A DNA stretch of 63,092 nt, filler included, from Octopus bimaculoides (Eukaryota): NCBI RefSeq assembly GCF_001194135.2. It is 7 parts of 7 records of this genome, joined end to end, with 100 filler letters (N's around TTAATTAATTAA, not from the genome) between each part and the next. Parts side by side here need not be neighbours in the genome. Positions count along the whole stretch, not along the records: positions 60,409 to 61,477 come from NW_026416167.1; positions 61,578 to 63,092 come from NW_026357832.1; 5 more parts are not named here. The stretch is one strand, 5' to 3'. Positions 61,040 through 63,092 of the stretch are shown here, piece by piece. Below the pieces are notes generated by a model. It was not told the DNA's origin and ran no database searches. It saw only the letters and a program-made list of their open reading frames with translations. Both the position numbers and the translations under genes were made by a program. The stretch's first letter is position 1; each line of letters opens with the position of its first letter.

Positions 61040-61400
61040 CATCACAAGTAAGAAATATTAAAACGATGTGCAGACAATCACTCTGACTTGTGGCAATGAC
61101 GAAAGAGATTGTATGATGAATAATATTGAATTACGGAGAACATTCACTTTCTCGAGCAATTTTATCAAGATTAGTTAGACTAAATGGGATTACATTAAAC
61201 ATTTAGATGTTGCTAGCGGTAAGAATTGCAAAAAGAACAGTTTTTTTTTAAAGCCACGACTGTGTGAGCTACAAGAAATGACAGAAGTCGATGGTTTGTA
61301 GTTTTTGCCTCGTATTACAATGTTTCCAGAGATTTCCTGAAGAGGGGCACCTAACACCGAAATATTGAAAGTACAAACCATCGAGATGTATTTCTTCTAA
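61040..61400 (+). mobile_element. Penelope-like element 3' relic (decayed GIY-YIG-like region plus hammerhead)
   Basis: Weak pieces ITLTCGNDERDCMMNNIELRRTF, KHLDVA and FLKPRL are followed by a hammerhead motif. Confidence 0.5.
61333..61370 (+). ncRNA. Type I minimal hammerhead ribozyme motif
   Basis: tttc-CTGAAGA-gggg-cacctaa-cacc-GAAAT-ATT-gaaa. Stem I is tttc/gaaa, stem II pairs at 3 of 4 positions, and the palindrome AATATT replaces stem III. Confidence 0.6.
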
Positions 61401-61576
61401 TTTGCATTGTTTTGGTTTAAAAAATTATGATACACAACACATATACGCACACACGCATATATATATATATATATATANNNNNNNNNNNNNNNNNNNNNNN
61501 NNNNNNNNNNNNNNNNNNNNNTTAATTAATTAANNNNNNNNNNNNNNNNNNNNNNNNNNNNNNNNNNNNNNNNNNN

Positions 61577-62838
61577 NTGTCATCTGCATAATGAACTTCT
61601 GGATCATAATTGAAAGCTGCTTCATTGAAGTTGCTTCTCTGAGGTGTTGCAGCTGCTCTTCGTTCTGCAGTGGAGATCCTATTCCTTGTCAGCCGTGCAT
61701 ACCTCTGTTCATCGTTTTGAGATGCTCTGGCTTTTGTAGTGCACAGTCTGTTCGTTTCTTAGTCTGCTTCCCGTTCTGCAGCTGTCTCTCTTCCTCTGGA
61801 CAGAAACATTCTTTCGGCTGACCTTGACATTGTAGATAAATTTGACATTTTCTTTCTAAGCATGGTTATATATGTATACAGAAATAAACGGGTGCAGAAG
61901 ATAGTAAACAATGAAAATAACTTGGTAACGGAAATTATATTTCTTAATACGATGGGCAGAAAACAAATAAGAAATTTTTACAAAAAATAAAGAATTGTAC
62001 GGGTTGAAGCAAAATTTATCAGTTAGTGAATCAAAGAGCCAGTATCGAAGGAACCAGAAAAAAGCCGTTAAAACAGAAAAACACGTAACCGTTGCAAAAG
62101 TAAATAAGAAATTCTTTTGGAAATTAACTAAGCGTACGGATTTAAGTGAAATTTTTGATATTTCTTTCAGTAAATTATGAACTTACTTTCATCAGTAATT
62201 CCGTCAGTACAAAAAAAGAAAAAAAAGTAAGTAAGAAATTTGTAGGCAAATTTAACGAAGTGTATGGAATGAAGTGAAATTTATGAAGTTACTTCTGACA
62301 GTAGATTGAAAGCTTACAGTGAAAACAATAGCGTCTGAAAAATGAAAATGAAAACAAGAGAGAGTGAGTGAGATATAGAGAGAAGGGGAGAGCTAGTTAC
62401 TTAGACAAATAAGATAGATATAGATAGATAATATATAGACAGATACAGAAAGATAGATAGAGATAGAGATGGATAGAGAGATATAGATAGAGAGATAGAG
62501 ATAGAGATAGAAAGATAGAGATAGAGATAGAGAGATAGAGATGGATAGAGAGACAGAAATAGAGATAGATAGATAGAGAGAGAGATGGATAGAGAAATAT
62601 AGATAGATATAGACGTCACTGGCGCTAGAAAACCGGAAGTAAATATTTAAAAAACTTTCAAAGACGTGAATCTAATATAAAAAGCAATATTTTTTTATTT
62701 TTAATGAAAAAAGTCAAAAGAAGAGCCTAACATGTGTCCGAGGTCAAATTATTTACGCATCACAAGTATGGAAGCAATTGGTGCAGCTGTTTTTGCGTGA
62801 TAAGTGAATAGACACACGTCTTTATTTAATATATTAGA
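61577..62838 (-). mobile_element. Helitron 5' end with the start of the RepHel ORF (cut by a gap)
   Basis: The minus strand starts A|TCTAATATATTAAATAAAGACGTGTGTC...TATCACGCAAAAACAGCTG, a Helitron-type 5' terminus. It has an internal (TCTA/TC)n block. The ORF from 61863 reads MLRKKMSNL...ETAAEREAD*ETNRL...RRAAATPQRSNFNEAAFNYDPEVHYADD with one stop, matching the AFxYDP motif of Helitron N-termini. Confidence 0.75.
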
Positions 62839-62952
62839 TGAGATTGCGATAAATTTTTTGACCAATGGATGCAAGGGAAACAATCAATTTCTGAAAGTTA
62901 CTTCGCATAGTGTTACCTCCATTAACCACGTAACCCAGGAACGGGTGTTTTC

Positions 62953-62966
62953 TGCCACCAGGGGGC
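62953..62966 (+). promoter_or_regulatory. CTCF-type motif
   Basis: tgCCACCAGGGGGC contains an exact 12-nt match to the CTCF core consensus. Binding is not shown. Confidence 0.35.
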
Positions 62967-63092
62967 TTGTTACTCATTATGTTCCATCTCTGGAACATAA
63001 GTAATGCATGTTCCCAGTTTGGAGAAAATCAATTGAAAAATACGGCCGTTAGAATCTTTTACACACACACACGCACACACACACACACACAC

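Overview
AT-rich animal genomic DNA, very dense in microsatellites and with many assembly gaps. It is most likely from an octopus or other coleoid cephalopod; this is inferred from the style of the C2H2 gene and the SINE families, not from a database hit. Two intact-looking host coding regions lie about 4 kb apart on the + strand. The first is a 1754-aa, apparently single-exon ORF (38765-44029, 257-nt gap inside) built from about six diverged ~270-aa NHL/6-bladed beta-propeller-like modules with no RING or B-box. The second is a 580-aa, 20-finger C2H2 zinc-finger gene (48238-49980). The rest is transposon debris: several tRNA-derived SINE families (some with target-site duplications, some in tandem arrays), R4/Dong-like and RTE-like LINE relics, mariner and maT-like relics, a 229-bp mariner MITE, a 179-bp Merlin-like fold-back MITE with telomere-type repeats and an 8-bp TSD, a Helitron 5' end, and three Penelope-type minimal hammerhead ribozyme motifs. 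The best candidate for something undescribed is the tandem six-propeller protein. No prokaryotic features (CRISPR, rRNA) are present. Repeat boundaries were read by eye and are approximate unless a TSD or TIR is quoted.
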